A stretch of 64,000 nucleotides of DNA, from NCBI GenBank assembly GCA_030037215.1, contig JASHRS010000185.1, positions 3,947-67,946 on the forward strand, read 5' to 3'. Below, in pieces: positions 50,578-60,434 of the stretch. The notes beneath the pieces were generated by a model. It was not told the DNA's origin. It made no database searches and worked only from the letters and a program-made list of their open reading frames with translations. Numbering within the stretch: the stretch's first letter is position 1; each line of letters begins with the position of its first letter. A program made the position numbers and the translations under genes. The stretch is from Silvibacterium sp. (GTDB lineage Bacteria; Acidobacteriota; Terriglobia; Terriglobales; Acidobacteriaceae).

Positions 50578-50731
50578 CATTTTTTTTCATAGAATTTCCA
50601 CCGGTCATCTACCAGTAACTGTAGGCCCAAAAACTCAGTAAGAGCCTTGGTCTCTTCCAACTCGCAGAGTTTTCGCCCCAAATTTGTCTGTATTCTCTAC
50701 CATTTATCATAGGAAAAACTATAAAATATGC

Positions 50732-50763
50732 TTGACTTAGTATATTGCATAACATAGTATATT
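50732..50763 (+). promoter_or_regulatory. Sigma70 promoter of padR operon with TAGTATATT direct repeat (operator)
   Basis: TTGACT-N17-TAGTAT; TAGTATATT at 50738 and 50755; GTG start 7 nt after the -10 (leaderless). Confidence 0.65.
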
Positions 50764-50766
50764 TCT

Positions 50767-51222
50767 GTGAAAGACTCTGAGTCGACCTTCAAAGCAACAA
50801 CAGCCAAGGATGCGCTTGGGGCTAGGCCGGAAATCGGCGCCCAGGAAATTGGCCCCGACAAGTGGGAGGTCCAACTTCGTAAGGGTTCACTGGAGCTTGC
50901 CATTCTGTCCGCGCTCTGGCACGGACGGCTCTATGGTCTCGAAATCCTGCGTGATCTCGAAACCAGGTCGGAGCTGATCGTGGTGGAAGGAACCGTCTAT
51001 CCGTTGCTGAACCGTCTGCGCGCACTTGGCCTGGTCGAATCGGAGTGGGTTGAATCGGATTTTGGGCACCCCCGCAAGTATTACCAATTGACCCCCGCAG
51101 GCCGGCTGCGCGCTGTCGAGATGGCTCGCATTTGGGTCCGCTTCTCGGCCAGCATGACCAATCTGCTCGCGCCGCTCAACGAGGATTTGAAAAACGATGA
51201 TCCGAGGAAGGACGAACTATGA
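50767..51222 (+). CDS. PadR family transcriptional regulator
   Basis: QLRKGSLELAIL, YGLEI, EGTVYPLLNRL, PRKYYQLT. Confidence 0.93.
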   Translation: MKDSESTFKATTAKDALGARPEIGAQEIGPDKWEVQLRKGSLELAILSALWHGRLYGLEILRDLETRSELIVVEGTVYPLLNRLRALGLVESEWVESDFGHPRKYYQLTPAGRLRAVEMARIWVRFSASMTNLLAPLNEDLKNDDPRKDEL

Positions 51223-51845
51223 TTCTTTCTGCCGAGTCGCAAAAGACTATTGACACCTATCTTGCCGCACTGCGGAAAGAGCTGCGCGAACTCATGGATG
51301 AGGACGCCAATGACATTGCCGAAGAAATTCGGTTTCACATTCTCGACAAAATCGAGGATGGCTCGTCGTCCCAAGCCATCGCCGCAACGCTTACTGCGCT
51401 CGGCACACCCAAGGACTTGGCTGCGCGTTATCGCACCGACGAGCTGATGAAGCGCGCGCAGTCCACTCGCTCACCGCTCCTGAGTTTGCATAGCCTGTTT
51501 CGCTGGGCCATGTTGAGCCTGGTCGGGCTGATTGTCTTTGCCGCTTCTGTTATCGGGTATACGTTGGGCGGAATCCTCGTCATCATCGGCTTTTACAAAC
51601 TCATCTTTCCTCGGAACGGCGGATTTTGGTTCAATCCAAGGCCCGGCGGTCACGGCATCGACGGCGAAGCCGGCTTTTCCTTTACGAGTGGAGGGCCCTG
51701 GAAACATCCCGGCCACGAGATCCTCGGAATGTGGCTTGTCCCCATCGGCCTAATCCTTGGATCGGGTCTGTTGCTGTTCACCTTCTGGCTTGGGCGTTGG
51801 TGCATCCGCAAATTGTGGCGTCCGCGTGCTTTGCGGACGGTATGA
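51219..51845 (+). CDS. HAAS/DUF1700-like membrane protein, copy 1
   Basis: IDTYLAALRKEL...EEIRFHI...LGTPKDLA then TM helices. Confidence 0.75.
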   Translation: MILSAESQKTIDTYLAALRKELRELMDEDANDIAEEIRFHILDKIEDGSSSQAIAATLTALGTPKDLAARYRTDELMKRAQSTRSPLLSLHSLFRWAMLSLVGLIVFAASVIGYTLGGILVIIGFYKLIFPRNGGFWFNPRPGGHGIDGEAGFSFTSGGPWKHPGHEILGMWLVPIGLILGSGLLLFTFWLGRWCIRKLWRPRALRTV

Positions 51846-51870
51846 GCAATGAGAAAGGAAAAGACCGGCC

Positions 51871-52479
51871 ATGACCTTCACTGCCGAATCGCAAAAAATC
51901 ATTGAAGAATATCTTGTTGCCCTGCGCAAGCAGTTGCGCGAGTTGATCGATGATGACGTCAATGACATCGTCGAAGAGATCCGGTTTCATATCGTCGACA
52001 AGTCTTCAGACGATGCTTCCCCTGAGATTGTTCTCGCGACGCTCACGGCGCTCGGCACACCGGAGGAACTGGCTGGCCGCTACCGCACCGATGAGCTGAT
52101 GCGCCGCGCACAAAGCAGTCGTTCGCCTGTCACCCGTCTGCAAAGTCTTTTCCACTGGGCCACTTTGAGCATGGCCGGCGTAATCGTCTTTGCGATATCC
52201 GTGATCGGCTACTGCCTGGGCGGCGGGCTGGTTATAGCCGGCGTCCTCAAAATTCTCAATCCGCACAATACCGGCCTCTGGAAGACGCATTACCCCGACG
52301 GATCATGGTCGCTGGGCGCGGGATCAGGCTCGCAGCCCGGCCACGGAAAGGAGCTTCTGGGATGGTGGCTCGTGCCCATCGGGCTCATTCTGGGTTCCGT
52401 CCTGTTGCTGCTCACCTTCCAGTTCGGCGACTGGTGTCTGCGCCGCTTCTGGCGCCCGCGCGTTCCACGCAGCGCGTGA
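51871..52479 (+). CDS. HAAS/DUF1700-like membrane protein, copy 2 (tandem paralog)
   Basis: IEEYLVALRKQL...EEIRFHI...LGTPEELA; aligns to copy 1 over its full length. Confidence 0.75.
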   Translation: MTFTAESQKIIEEYLVALRKQLRELIDDDVNDIVEEIRFHIVDKSSDDASPEIVLATLTALGTPEELAGRYRTDELMRRAQSSRSPVTRLQSLFHWATLSMAGVIVFAISVIGYCLGGGLVIAGVLKILNPHNTGLWKTHYPDGSWSLGAGSGSQPGHGKELLGWWLVPIGLILGSVLLLLTFQFGDWCLRRFWRPRVPRSA

Positions 52480-52505
52480 AGCTGTTTGCGGTTCGTAAAC
52501 GCTCG

Positions 52506-53429
52506 TTACTGCCGGTCGAGCGTGGCCTGGATCAGATCTCCAAGCTGCTTAGCTGAGAACTGGTTTCCTTCGACATTGGCGACAACCCTTCCCTGTCGGT
52601 CGATGATTACAGTGTGCAGGGTATGAGTAATCATTCCCATGTCCTGCCAGAAGTTCAGATTGAACTCATGGCACACCTGTTCGACTTCGGGCGGCGGCCC
52701 GGTAAGAAAATGCCAGCTTTGAGAGTCGGCGTTCCATGTTTTGGCATAGGCAGCCAGGACCGGCGGCTGATCGCGAACCGGATCGAACGAAAGGCTAAGA
52801 AAAATTAAATCCTTACCGAGCTGGCTGCCGAAACGCCGCTGGAGGACTCCGAAATTATTGTTGAGGCGGAAGCAGTAATCGGGAAGCGGGCACCGGGTAT
52901 ACATGAAGGTGAGGGCAACAACCTTGCCGCGAAACTGGGACAGATGAATAGGTGCGCCGGTTTGATCGACAAGGCTGAAGTCGGGAACCATGTCGCCGGG
53001 TTCAAGAACTCTGACCGGACTCGCCGTCGCATTGAGACTTTGCAGCAGGCGCAGGCGCGATGCCTCCTGTGACTCTGCATCACCGTTCCGGAAGGCGTGC
53101 TGGTGAATATCCTCTGCCCACGACTCCTCCTTGCTGACAGCAAGAGTGAAGTCTATGACTTCGCCAGTATGGATGTTGTTGAGCTCCTGTGCGCTGTGCA
53201 CGTGGAAAGGCATCGCCATGGCATCCATGAACCCGGGGATCTCGCGGATGGATGCAGTGAATGTGTTGTGGACTGGGTCGACGCTGAGTACGATTCCGAA
53301 TGCTGGGTAGCGCCTGATGGCATCGGTGTTCTGCTGCTGTCCGTGAATGGAAACAGTGACGAACACAAGCATAAACGCGGTCGCGAATGCGCGCGCGACA
53401 ATACTATGAGCTTTACGAAACGCCGCCAT
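52506..53429 (-). CDS. CusF-like domain + SCO1/SenC copper chaperone fusion
   Basis: EIPGFMDAMAMPF; PDFSLVDQ, TRCPLPDYC, SFDP, HTLHT. Confidence 0.85.
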   Translation of the reverse strand: MAAFRKAHSIVARAFATAFMLVFVTVSIHGQQQNTDAIRRYPAFGIVLSVDPVHNTFTASIREIPGFMDAMAMPFHVHSAQELNNIHTGEVIDFTLAVSKEESWAEDIHQHAFRNGDAESQEASRLRLLQSLNATASPVRVLEPGDMVPDFSLVDQTGAPIHLSQFRGKVVALTFMYTRCPLPDYCFRLNNNFGVLQRRFGSQLGKDLIFLSLSFDPVRDQPPVLAAYAKTWNADSQSWHFLTGPPPEVEQVCHEFNLNFWQDMGMITHTLHTVIIDRQGRVVANVEGNQFSAKQLGDLIQATLDRQ

Positions 53430-53527
53430 GCTCTTCTCTACGCAGCCGATTGTATCGAATGGAGAATTGCAGATAGAAATGCCGGGCTCATGCGCCCGGC
53501 ATTGGTGTTCCAACCCTGGCTGGGTTT

Positions 53528-54082
53528 TCAGAAGAGGTTGTATTCAGCTCCGATGCTGAATCCATGCGGCGTCAAACCATTGCTCGGAAAAGGCGGAATA
53601 TTGGGCGCAGAGGGCAGAAATTGATACTCATAGTCGCCGCGAATCAGGATTTTGCGCGAGAGGCGGTAGTCAACAAACCCACCGGGGGCATACGCGAAAT
53701 AGCTGCCGGTGCCGATCGAGTCTGGGTAATTAATCCACACACCGCCTAATAGAATTTTGGCGTTAAGGGAAAGGCGGTTGAATTTGAAAAGCCTGTATTT
53801 CGCACCCGCAAGATAGTCCGACTGTGTTTCGCCTCCATCCCCGCCCCAACGAAGCCAGCGCGCCTCGCCGATGGCGCCGAGTTTCGGCAACACGTTGAAG
53901 TCGATAATCACACCGAGGCCGTTGATGTTGGTCGAGCCGTAATCCGGCACAAAGTTGGAATACTCCCCGCCAACCCATATAGGCGATGTGCCACCCTTTG
54001 CCGCTGGAGCTACCTGAGCATAGACCGCTGCGGCACTCAACATGAGACTTAGCACGAAAATTTTCTTGATCGAGTTGATCAC
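53528..54082 (-). CDS. Outer-membrane beta-barrel protein
   Basis: Signal peptide, alternating aromatic strands, C-terminal GAEYNLF; GTG after GGAG. Confidence 0.8.
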   Translation of the reverse strand: MINSIKKIFVLSLMLSAAAVYAQVAPAAKGGTSPIWVGGEYSNFVPDYGSTNINGLGVIIDFNVLPKLGAIGEARWLRWGGDGGETQSDYLAGAKYRLFKFNRLSLNAKILLGGVWINYPDSIGTGSYFAYAPGGFVDYRLSRKILIRGDYEYQFLPSAPNIPPFPSNGLTPHGFSIGAEYNLF

Positions 54083-54210
54083 GCTTTGCTCTCCGAATTT
54101 AAGGTCTCTCGCTGCATAACTGAGTCCCAAAGACTCTTCCAAGACTTCCAGAAACTTCCCGTCAGGCCCGGCTCTAATGCCGCTCGCAGGGCAGACTCAC
54201 CGCCACAGCT

Positions 54211-56022
54211 TTAATTCTGCGGCGGCGGGTTGGACGTGCCCTGGGTTGGTTGCGCCTGATTCGTGTTATCGGGCGCAGGCGGCTGAGTCTGATTGGCATC
54301 TGCTGGAGCTGGCGGGTTAGCTGTGCCCTGTGCAGGAGCCGGAGTGCTGGCCGGCACTGGCTGAGCCGGCGGTTGATAGGTTTGCAGACTGTAGTAAATC
54401 GGCGTGACCTGGAACGGCATCTTGTCGCCGGGGTTCAGTAGAGGTGCCGGCTTCACATTGAGCTGATACACCCTGTCGTCCCACGGGTCGGTTCGCAGGT
54501 GGCTGTTAAGCGGCAGCGCGGCGATCTGAGTGAGATCGTCAGGATTTAGCCTCGGCGCGCCATGGGTTAGCCCAGCGAGCCAGGGAGTTCCGTCCGGTGC
54601 CAGCAGCGAATCACCCAGCCTCGGCGTAAGCAGAGCAGTCAAAGCTTTCTGTCGGTCAGCCAACTGCTGGAAGAACAGGCCGACTTCACCTGACTTGCTG
54701 GCATACACCGAAGCATTGAAGAGCTCCACAGCCTTCTTGCCCGCAGCCTGGTCGTCAGCGACGGTGTGGTTCATATTGATCCGCTGGAATGCGGCTTCGT
54801 CGGGAAACAGCAACCTGTCATTGAATGCGTATCGCGTATCAATGTGGTGGCCAAGCACGATGTGCGCCAACTGGAAGCTTAGAACCGCGGCCAGGTCCGC
54901 CTCTGTGGGCAGAGTATCGACGAGCCCCTTGCTGAGCAGGATCGTATTGCCGACTGCGAGCGATTCAAGCGGCGCGGTGAGGAGCACGCGGCAGTGAATA
55001 TCCTGGGGCAGCGCCAGCTTGCTGCCGATAATGATGTTATTGGTGACTGTTTCGAGTACCTTGTCGAAATCGCTTGGCGGAGCGAGCAGCCCAGCTTGGG
55101 TTAGGCGGTCGAGCACGTTGTTCTCAGCCTGCGTAACCCACTGCCTCTGTGCTTCCAGAGGGCTTACGTCCTGCGCCTGACCGCTCTGGTCCTGCGCGTT
55201 TTCAACTTCGATCGTCTCGTTCGTCGACTCGCCCTGCGGAAGCTTTAGCGAATAGCCCCATAAGTAGGTTTGGGCGCGGAAACCTACCGCCTTGCGGTCT
55301 GCGCTGTTGTGGCTCTCTTCCACATAGATGGCCGTCGGCAGCCACTCACCGGGCTGTACATTCGTGCGCCAGCTATCGAAGTGGAAGTAATGGGCGTATT
55401 CGTCGTTCTTGTTGCCCGTGAAGGTGCCGTTGAAGCGAACGATGTTGCCGTCCGTGTCCTCAATCCAGATGCGCCCGAAGAAGCGCCCATAGCCCTTGAC
55501 CGTTGGCTTCGGGCGAACATCGAAGACCCATGTTCGAACCGAGCCCAGGAATTCACGGCGCACATAGACAAAGTCATAATGTTGCTGATCGAAACCGACC
55601 GGATCGAGGAACATCATGTCCATAAAGCCGGTTTCTGAATAGCTCATCTTGAAGCTTCTGGTCAGATCGCCCAGATATTTTGCCGAACCGCGGAAGAATC
55701 CGTGCGACGTCTTCTGTGCGCCGTAGGATTCGGCTGAAAAGGTCTTGTCGAAGTTGACGCGCGCGATGCTGTACTCATCGCTGACAGGGACCGCATAAAG
55801 CTTGGGATCCGGCCGCATGTTCTGAATGTAGGTCTGCACTACGGGCGTGCTCTTGCGGATAAGCGCAACTGTGGCGTGCTCCCGCGCGATCGCCTTCTGC
55901 ACCAGCTCCGACTGCTGCGGTGTAAGCGGGACGGCTGTTACAGGAGGGGTCTTTTTGGCGTAGGCTGCGGTCACGCTCAAGACCAATGCCAAACCAAGGG
56001 TCCAAATCTTGCGAAAAGACAT
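54211..56022 (-). CDS. Secreted protein with C-terminal M48-peptidase-like domain, HExxH degenerate
   Basis: Signal peptide; ILLSKGLVD...EADLAAVLSFQLAHIVLGH; Pro/Gln-rich tail. Confidence 0.7.
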   Translation of the reverse strand: MSFRKIWTLGLALVLSVTAAYAKKTPPVTAVPLTPQQSELVQKAIAREHATVALIRKSTPVVQTYIQNMRPDPKLYAVPVSDEYSIARVNFDKTFSAESYGAQKTSHGFFRGSAKYLGDLTRSFKMSYSETGFMDMMFLDPVGFDQQHYDFVYVRREFLGSVRTWVFDVRPKPTVKGYGRFFGRIWIEDTDGNIVRFNGTFTGNKNDEYAHYFHFDSWRTNVQPGEWLPTAIYVEESHNSADRKAVGFRAQTYLWGYSLKLPQGESTNETIEVENAQDQSGQAQDVSPLEAQRQWVTQAENNVLDRLTQAGLLAPPSDFDKVLETVTNNIIIGSKLALPQDIHCRVLLTAPLESLAVGNTILLSKGLVDTLPTEADLAAVLSFQLAHIVLGHHIDTRYAFNDRLLFPDEAAFQRINMNHTVADDQAAGKKAVELFNASVYASKSGEVGLFFQQLADRQKALTALLTPRLGDSLLAPDGTPWLAGLTHGAPRLNPDDLTQIAALPLNSHLRTDPWDDRVYQLNVKPAPLLNPGDKMPFQVTPIYYSLQTYQPPAQPVPASTPAPAQGTANPPAPADANQTQPPAPDNTNQAQPTQGTSNPPPQN

Positions 56023-56094
56023 TTTTTCTCCAGGCTCCTCAAAACAATTCAAAAAGATTGAAAAAACCTACCTAAAACGCTTAATTGCAAAAAT

Positions 56095-57174
56095 CTACGC
56101 CAACTGGAAGGTGACATGGATTACGGTGACCTCGTCAACCGGACGACCATCGCGTGTGGCAGGCTTGAATGTGATGTGACGAGCCGCATTCTGCGCGAGC
56201 TGGTCGAGCCCATATCCAAGTCCGCTGACTACGCGGAGCACGTCAACCTGTCCAGAAGCTGTAAACCTGACCTGGAGTGTTACATCGCCCTCAATTTTAA
56301 GCCGCCGCGCCTCTTCGGTATACCCGGGATTGGGCTTGGACAGCAGCACCAAAGGTGTTGTATGGGCTTGTTCCTGCGGTTTGGGGGTGGAGGGGGTTGC
56401 CTCGCCGAATCCAGTGCCGCCGAAGCCACTCTGTGCCACGCGACCGGTGCCTCCCGGTCTTCCTGTTCCGCCGATGACGCCATTCGAGAATCCTGCTGAA
56501 GCCACGGTCCCGCGTGTGTCACGGCCGCCGGGTACTCCATTGGCGACGCCAGAGCCGAAATCGACTCCCTTAACAGAGCCACGGCGTGCTGCTCCGGCGC
56601 CTGGTGCCCCAAGACCTGGAGTTCCTTCAAACGAGCCTACTGCAGCGATTGTTGCAGGACGATTTGCCTCGGGATTGGGATGAACGCCTTCAGGATCGCC
56701 GAATCCGCCCGTCCTTAGTGAAGGCCGCTGGGTGTTGTTAGCAACCAGCGTGGGGTGAGGGCTGGTAAAGAGCCCCACCTTGGGTTGAGGGGGAGGGGTA
56801 ACTCGTCGGGGAGGCGCAGGAGCAAGCTTCGGAGCCTCCTCATGAACCTTGATTTCTTCCACCTTAGGCGGCTCGACGACTGGCCTCGGCTTCGGCATAA
56901 CGATCTTCGGCTGCTCAACCTTCGGGGGAGGGGGAATCACGTGCACCCTTGGCACTGGGGGAGGAGGAATGGGCTTTGGCTGCTGCATCGGAAAGATCAG
57001 AATCGTGGTTTCGTGCTGCTCTTTAACCTGATGCAAACCAGCCAGACTCAGCAAAATAGCAAGGCCCAGCACGGCCAAATTGATAGCCAGGCTGGCGCCA
57101 AATGATCCAAACCGCCCCTTTTCTTCAGGAAGCAGTCCAAAGTTTGCGTGGTTCAGCAAGTCGTTGTTCACCAT
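56095..57174 (-). CDS. Energy transducer TonB family protein
   Basis: N-terminal TM, Pro-rich then Gly-rich spacer, PGYTEEARRLKIEGDV...GLGYGLD...FKPA. Confidence 0.88.
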   Translation of the reverse strand: MVNNDLLNHANFGLLPEEKGRFGSFGASLAINLAVLGLAILLSLAGLHQVKEQHETTILIFPMQQPKPIPPPPVPRVHVIPPPPKVEQPKIVMPKPRPVVEPPKVEEIKVHEEAPKLAPAPPRRVTPPPQPKVGLFTSPHPTLVANNTQRPSLRTGGFGDPEGVHPNPEANRPATIAAVGSFEGTPGLGAPGAGAARRGSVKGVDFGSGVANGVPGGRDTRGTVASAGFSNGVIGGTGRPGGTGRVAQSGFGGTGFGEATPSTPKPQEQAHTTPLVLLSKPNPGYTEEARRLKIEGDVTLQVRFTASGQVDVLRVVSGLGYGLDQLAQNAARHITFKPATRDGRPVDEVTVIHVTFQLA

Positions 57175-57700
57175 GGCTCTTACTTGGATGTCATCATCCG
57201 GCTTCCCGGGAAAATTCCCGCGCACTCCGTGCAGGTGAAAAGAATAGCTGCATTCCTCATTCCATATTGCGGATTTCAGCCTTAGACGGCACCGATTTCC
57301 ATTAAATACAATACGATGGCGCGTTTAGCTCTGTTGGAAATCCTGGAATTTGAATAGAACTCCCGTACCCGATGTATACACACGTTTACATCAGAAACAC
57401 CTCTTAGAATCCACTTCATTAACCGAGGCAAATTCAGGTAACAGATCGGGAAAAGATAATACTGAACTTTAGCACACTCCCGCAAAACCATCGCGAAAGC
57501 GTAAGGTTTACATTTCCGATACCGGGTTAAGGTAAATTTTTCCTAGGATTGACCCGGTTACGATGCCTCCAGATGCTGCAAGATTGAACGCCTGCATAGA
57601 TAGATAGTTGCTGGGAAAACAGAGTTGCTCGCAAAAATAGCCTCGCTTAAATAAAACACGCATTATCGAGACCCGATAACGAAAAAGTAAGGAGAACTCA

Positions 57701-58675
57701 TTGCGAATCCTCGTGACCGGCGGCGCCGGATATATAGGCGGCACCGTCGCCCAGTTGCTGCTCGATGAAGGCCATCAGGTAGTCATCTACGACAACCTCT
57801 GCCACGGCCATCGCTCCATGATTCCCGCCCAGGCCGAGTTTATTGAGGGAGAACTGGCTGACCGGGCCGCTCTCGAAAAACTTCTCCACACCGGAATAGA
57901 CGGCGTGATGCACTTCGCCGCTCTCATTGAAGCCGGAGAGAGCATGCAGAAGCCGGAAGTCTATTTCCGCAACAACTCTGCTTCGACACTCAGCCTGCTT
58001 GAAGCGATGCTTGCCACAGGCGTCACCCGCCTTGTGTTTTCCTCCACTGCTGCCGTCTACGGCGAGCCTGAATCGACGCCCATCCGCGAGGATGCTCCAC
58101 TCAAACCCACCAACGCCTATGGCGAATCGAAGCTGCTGGTGGAGCGCATGCTCGAGTGGCTCAACCGCATTCACGGCTTCCGCTACGCGAGTCTGCGCTA
58201 TTTCAACGTTGCCGGCGCGATTGCCGGACGCGGCGAAGCACACGAGCCGGAGTCGCACCTGATTCCGCTGATTCTCGACGTTGCGCTTGGCCGCAGGGCC
58301 AGCATCAAAGTCTTCGGGCAGGACTATCCCACGCCTGACGGAACCTGTATCCGCGACTACATTCACGTCCGCGACCTTGCGCGCGCGCACCTGCTGGCAT
58401 TCGATGCGCTGAAGAATTGCGACCGCCTCATCTACAACCTCGGCAACGGAGTCGGCTTCTCGGTATGCGAAGTGATTGAGTCGGCGCGGCGTGTCACCCG
58501 ACATCCCATTCCGGTGGTTGAAGAGCCACGGCGCCCCGGAGATCCCGCCGTGCTGATTGCCAGTTCGGAAAAAATCGGCCGCGAGCTGGGATGGGCTCCT
58601 GAATACACTGATCTGGACGCGATTATCACAAGCGCCTGGGAATGGCATCAGGAACGGTATTTGAAGACAGCGTGA
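57701..58675 (+). CDS. galE: UDP-glucose 4-epimerase
   Basis: VTGGAGYIG, HFAA, FSSTAAVYG, YGESK, LRYFN, DGTCIRDYIHV. Confidence 0.96.
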   Translation: MRILVTGGAGYIGGTVAQLLLDEGHQVVIYDNLCHGHRSMIPAQAEFIEGELADRAALEKLLHTGIDGVMHFAALIEAGESMQKPEVYFRNNSASTLSLLEAMLATGVTRLVFSSTAAVYGEPESTPIREDAPLKPTNAYGESKLLVERMLEWLNRIHGFRYASLRYFNVAGAIAGRGEAHEPESHLIPLILDVALGRRASIKVFGQDYPTPDGTCIRDYIHVRDLARAHLLAFDALKNCDRLIYNLGNGVGFSVCEVIESARRVTRHPIPVVEEPRRPGDPAVLIASSEKIGRELGWAPEYTDLDAIITSAWEWHQERYLKTA

Positions 58676-58848
58676 GTTCCTCAAAGCTCTGCTTGCCCAT
58701 TCGGGCTTCGCATCTCTTGACGCGCCCCGAGGAAATCTAAAGATGGAAGTACATCTCAACCTTTTGGTGGACGCGCAGCTACGTATGTTGCCGCTAGAAT
58801 TGCTGTGGTTTTAATCACCTGCTGCAACATTTCGAGGCCGCGCTGACG

Positions 58849-59634
58849 ATGGAGCGCAAAGATTCGAAGCATTTGACAGTACCTGTCTGGCTGCGCCCGG
58901 TTCTTTTTCTGCTGGTTCTTCTTGCTGCGTGGCAGATCGCGGTGCTGCGTCATCCCCACCAGTTGCTTCCCGGCCCTGTGAAGACTGCAGATGGCATCGC
59001 TGATCTGCTGCAGCATGGGCTTCTTTTTAAATACGTGGTTGCCTCGCTGTTTCGTGTCACTTGGGGATTCTTTCTCGCGGTCATCGTTGCCGTCCCGCTC
59101 GGCCTCGTCATTGGCTGGTACCGGCGCGCCGAAATGGCTTTCAATCCCATCCTGCAGATTCTGCGGCCCATCTCCCCGCTCGCCTGGATTCCTATCGCGA
59201 TTCTTTGGTTCGGCGTCGGGGATCTCGCTGCCGTCTTCCTGATCTTTGTCGGATGCTTCCTGCCGCTGCTGCTCACTGTCATCAATGCCCTGCGAAGTGT
59301 TCCGGAGGTTTACATCAATGCGGGCCGCAATTTCGGCCTCGGCCCGATCCAGTTGATGCGGCGAATCCTCTACCCGGCCATTGTTCCGCGCCTGATGACC
59401 GGCCTTCGCATTACGCTGGGCGTCGCATGGCTGGTCGTCGTCGCCGCTGAAATGATCGCCGTCAACTCCGGCCTTGGCTTTCTCATCGTCGACGCGCGCA
59501 ACGCGGGCAATCGCTATGACCTGGTCGTTGCCGGCATGGTGATGATCGGTGTCGTCGGACTTCTGCTCGATACCGGTGTCCGTTCGCTTGAAAAATCCGG
59601 CGCGCTGCGCTGGGCCTATGCCGAGGAGCGTTGA
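58849..59634 (+). CDS. ABC permease (NitT/TauT family) 1
   Basis: LRPISPLAWIP, WLVVVAAEM, SGLGFLI. Confidence 0.92.
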   Translation: MERKDSKHLTVPVWLRPVLFLLVLLAAWQIAVLRHPHQLLPGPVKTADGIADLLQHGLLFKYVVASLFRVTWGFFLAVIVAVPLGLVIGWYRRAEMAFNPILQILRPISPLAWIPIAILWFGVGDLAAVFLIFVGCFLPLLLTVINALRSVPEVYINAGRNFGLGPIQLMRRILYPAIVPRLMTGLRITLGVAWLVVVAAEMIAVNSGLGFLIVDARNAGNRYDLVVAGMVMIGVVGLLLDTGVRSLEKSGALRWAYAEER

Positions 59635-60434
59635 TGTCCACTAAAACCGCAATGGAAACTCCCACAACAATGACCGCTTCAGCAAGAACAAAGCTGCGCA
59701 CAGACTCCGTCGGCATGATCTTCGACCGCGACGGCAAAAGCTTGTCCGTCCTCGAAAATATCAACCTCGAAGTGAGCGAAGGTGAGTTCTTATGCCTGCT
59801 GGGACCTTCGGGATGCGGCAAATCCACCCTCCTCAGCGCCATCGCCGGCTTTCTCACGCCTACCAGCGGTGAAATCACCATTGACGGCGAGGCCGTGCGC
59901 GGCCCTGATCCGCGGCGCATCTTCGTCTTTCAGGAGCGCGGTGTTTTCCCGTGGCTCACCGTCGAAGGCAACATCGGCTTCGGTCTCGGCAAGCTGCCGC
60001 GCAAGGAGCGCGCGCAGCGGGTGAGTCATTACATCCAAATGGTCGGGCTTGAGGGCTTCGAAAAATCCTATCCGCACGAGCTCTCCGGCGGGATGAAGCA
60101 GCGCGTGGAAGTCGCGCGTGCGCTGGCCGTCAATCCCGACGTCCTGTTTCTCGACGAGCCCTTCGGCGCGCTCGACTCCATCACGCGCCTGATTATGCGT
60201 GGCGAGCTGCTGCGCATCTGGCAGGCCGAGCGCAAGACCATTCTCTTCGTTACTCACGATATCGACGAAGCCGTGCAGCTTGCCGATCGAGTGGTTGTGA
60301 TGAGCGCGCGTCCTGGCCACATCCAGCAGATCGTCCCCATCGACATTGCCCACCCGCGCGACATCAGCTCGCCGCGCTACCTGCAGTTGCGCGACGGCAT
60401 CCTCAACCAGATCGGACTGGCGCACAAGCTATGA
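59631..60434 (+). CDS. ABC ATP-binding protein (NitT/TauT family)
   Basis: GPSGCGKST, LSGGMKQR, LDEPFGALD, VTHDIDEA. Confidence 0.95.
   Translation: MMSTKTAMETPTTMTASARTKLRTDSVGMIFDRDGKSLSVLENINLEVSEGEFLCLLGPSGCGKSTLLSAIAGFLTPTSGEITIDGEAVRGPDPRRIFVFQERGVFPWLTVEGNIGFGLGKLPRKERAQRVSHYIQMVGLEGFEKSYPHELSGGMKQRVEVARALAVNPDVLFLDEPFGALDSITRLIMRGELLRIWQAERKTILFVTHDIDEAVQLADRVVVMSARPGHIQQIVPIDIAHPRDISSPRYLQLRDGILNQIGLAHKL

Noticed and set aside
57226-57700. Short ORFs in the tonB-galE spacer
   Set aside because: No convincing RBS or coding bias; AT-rich divergent promoter region with one inverted repeat (57521-57558)
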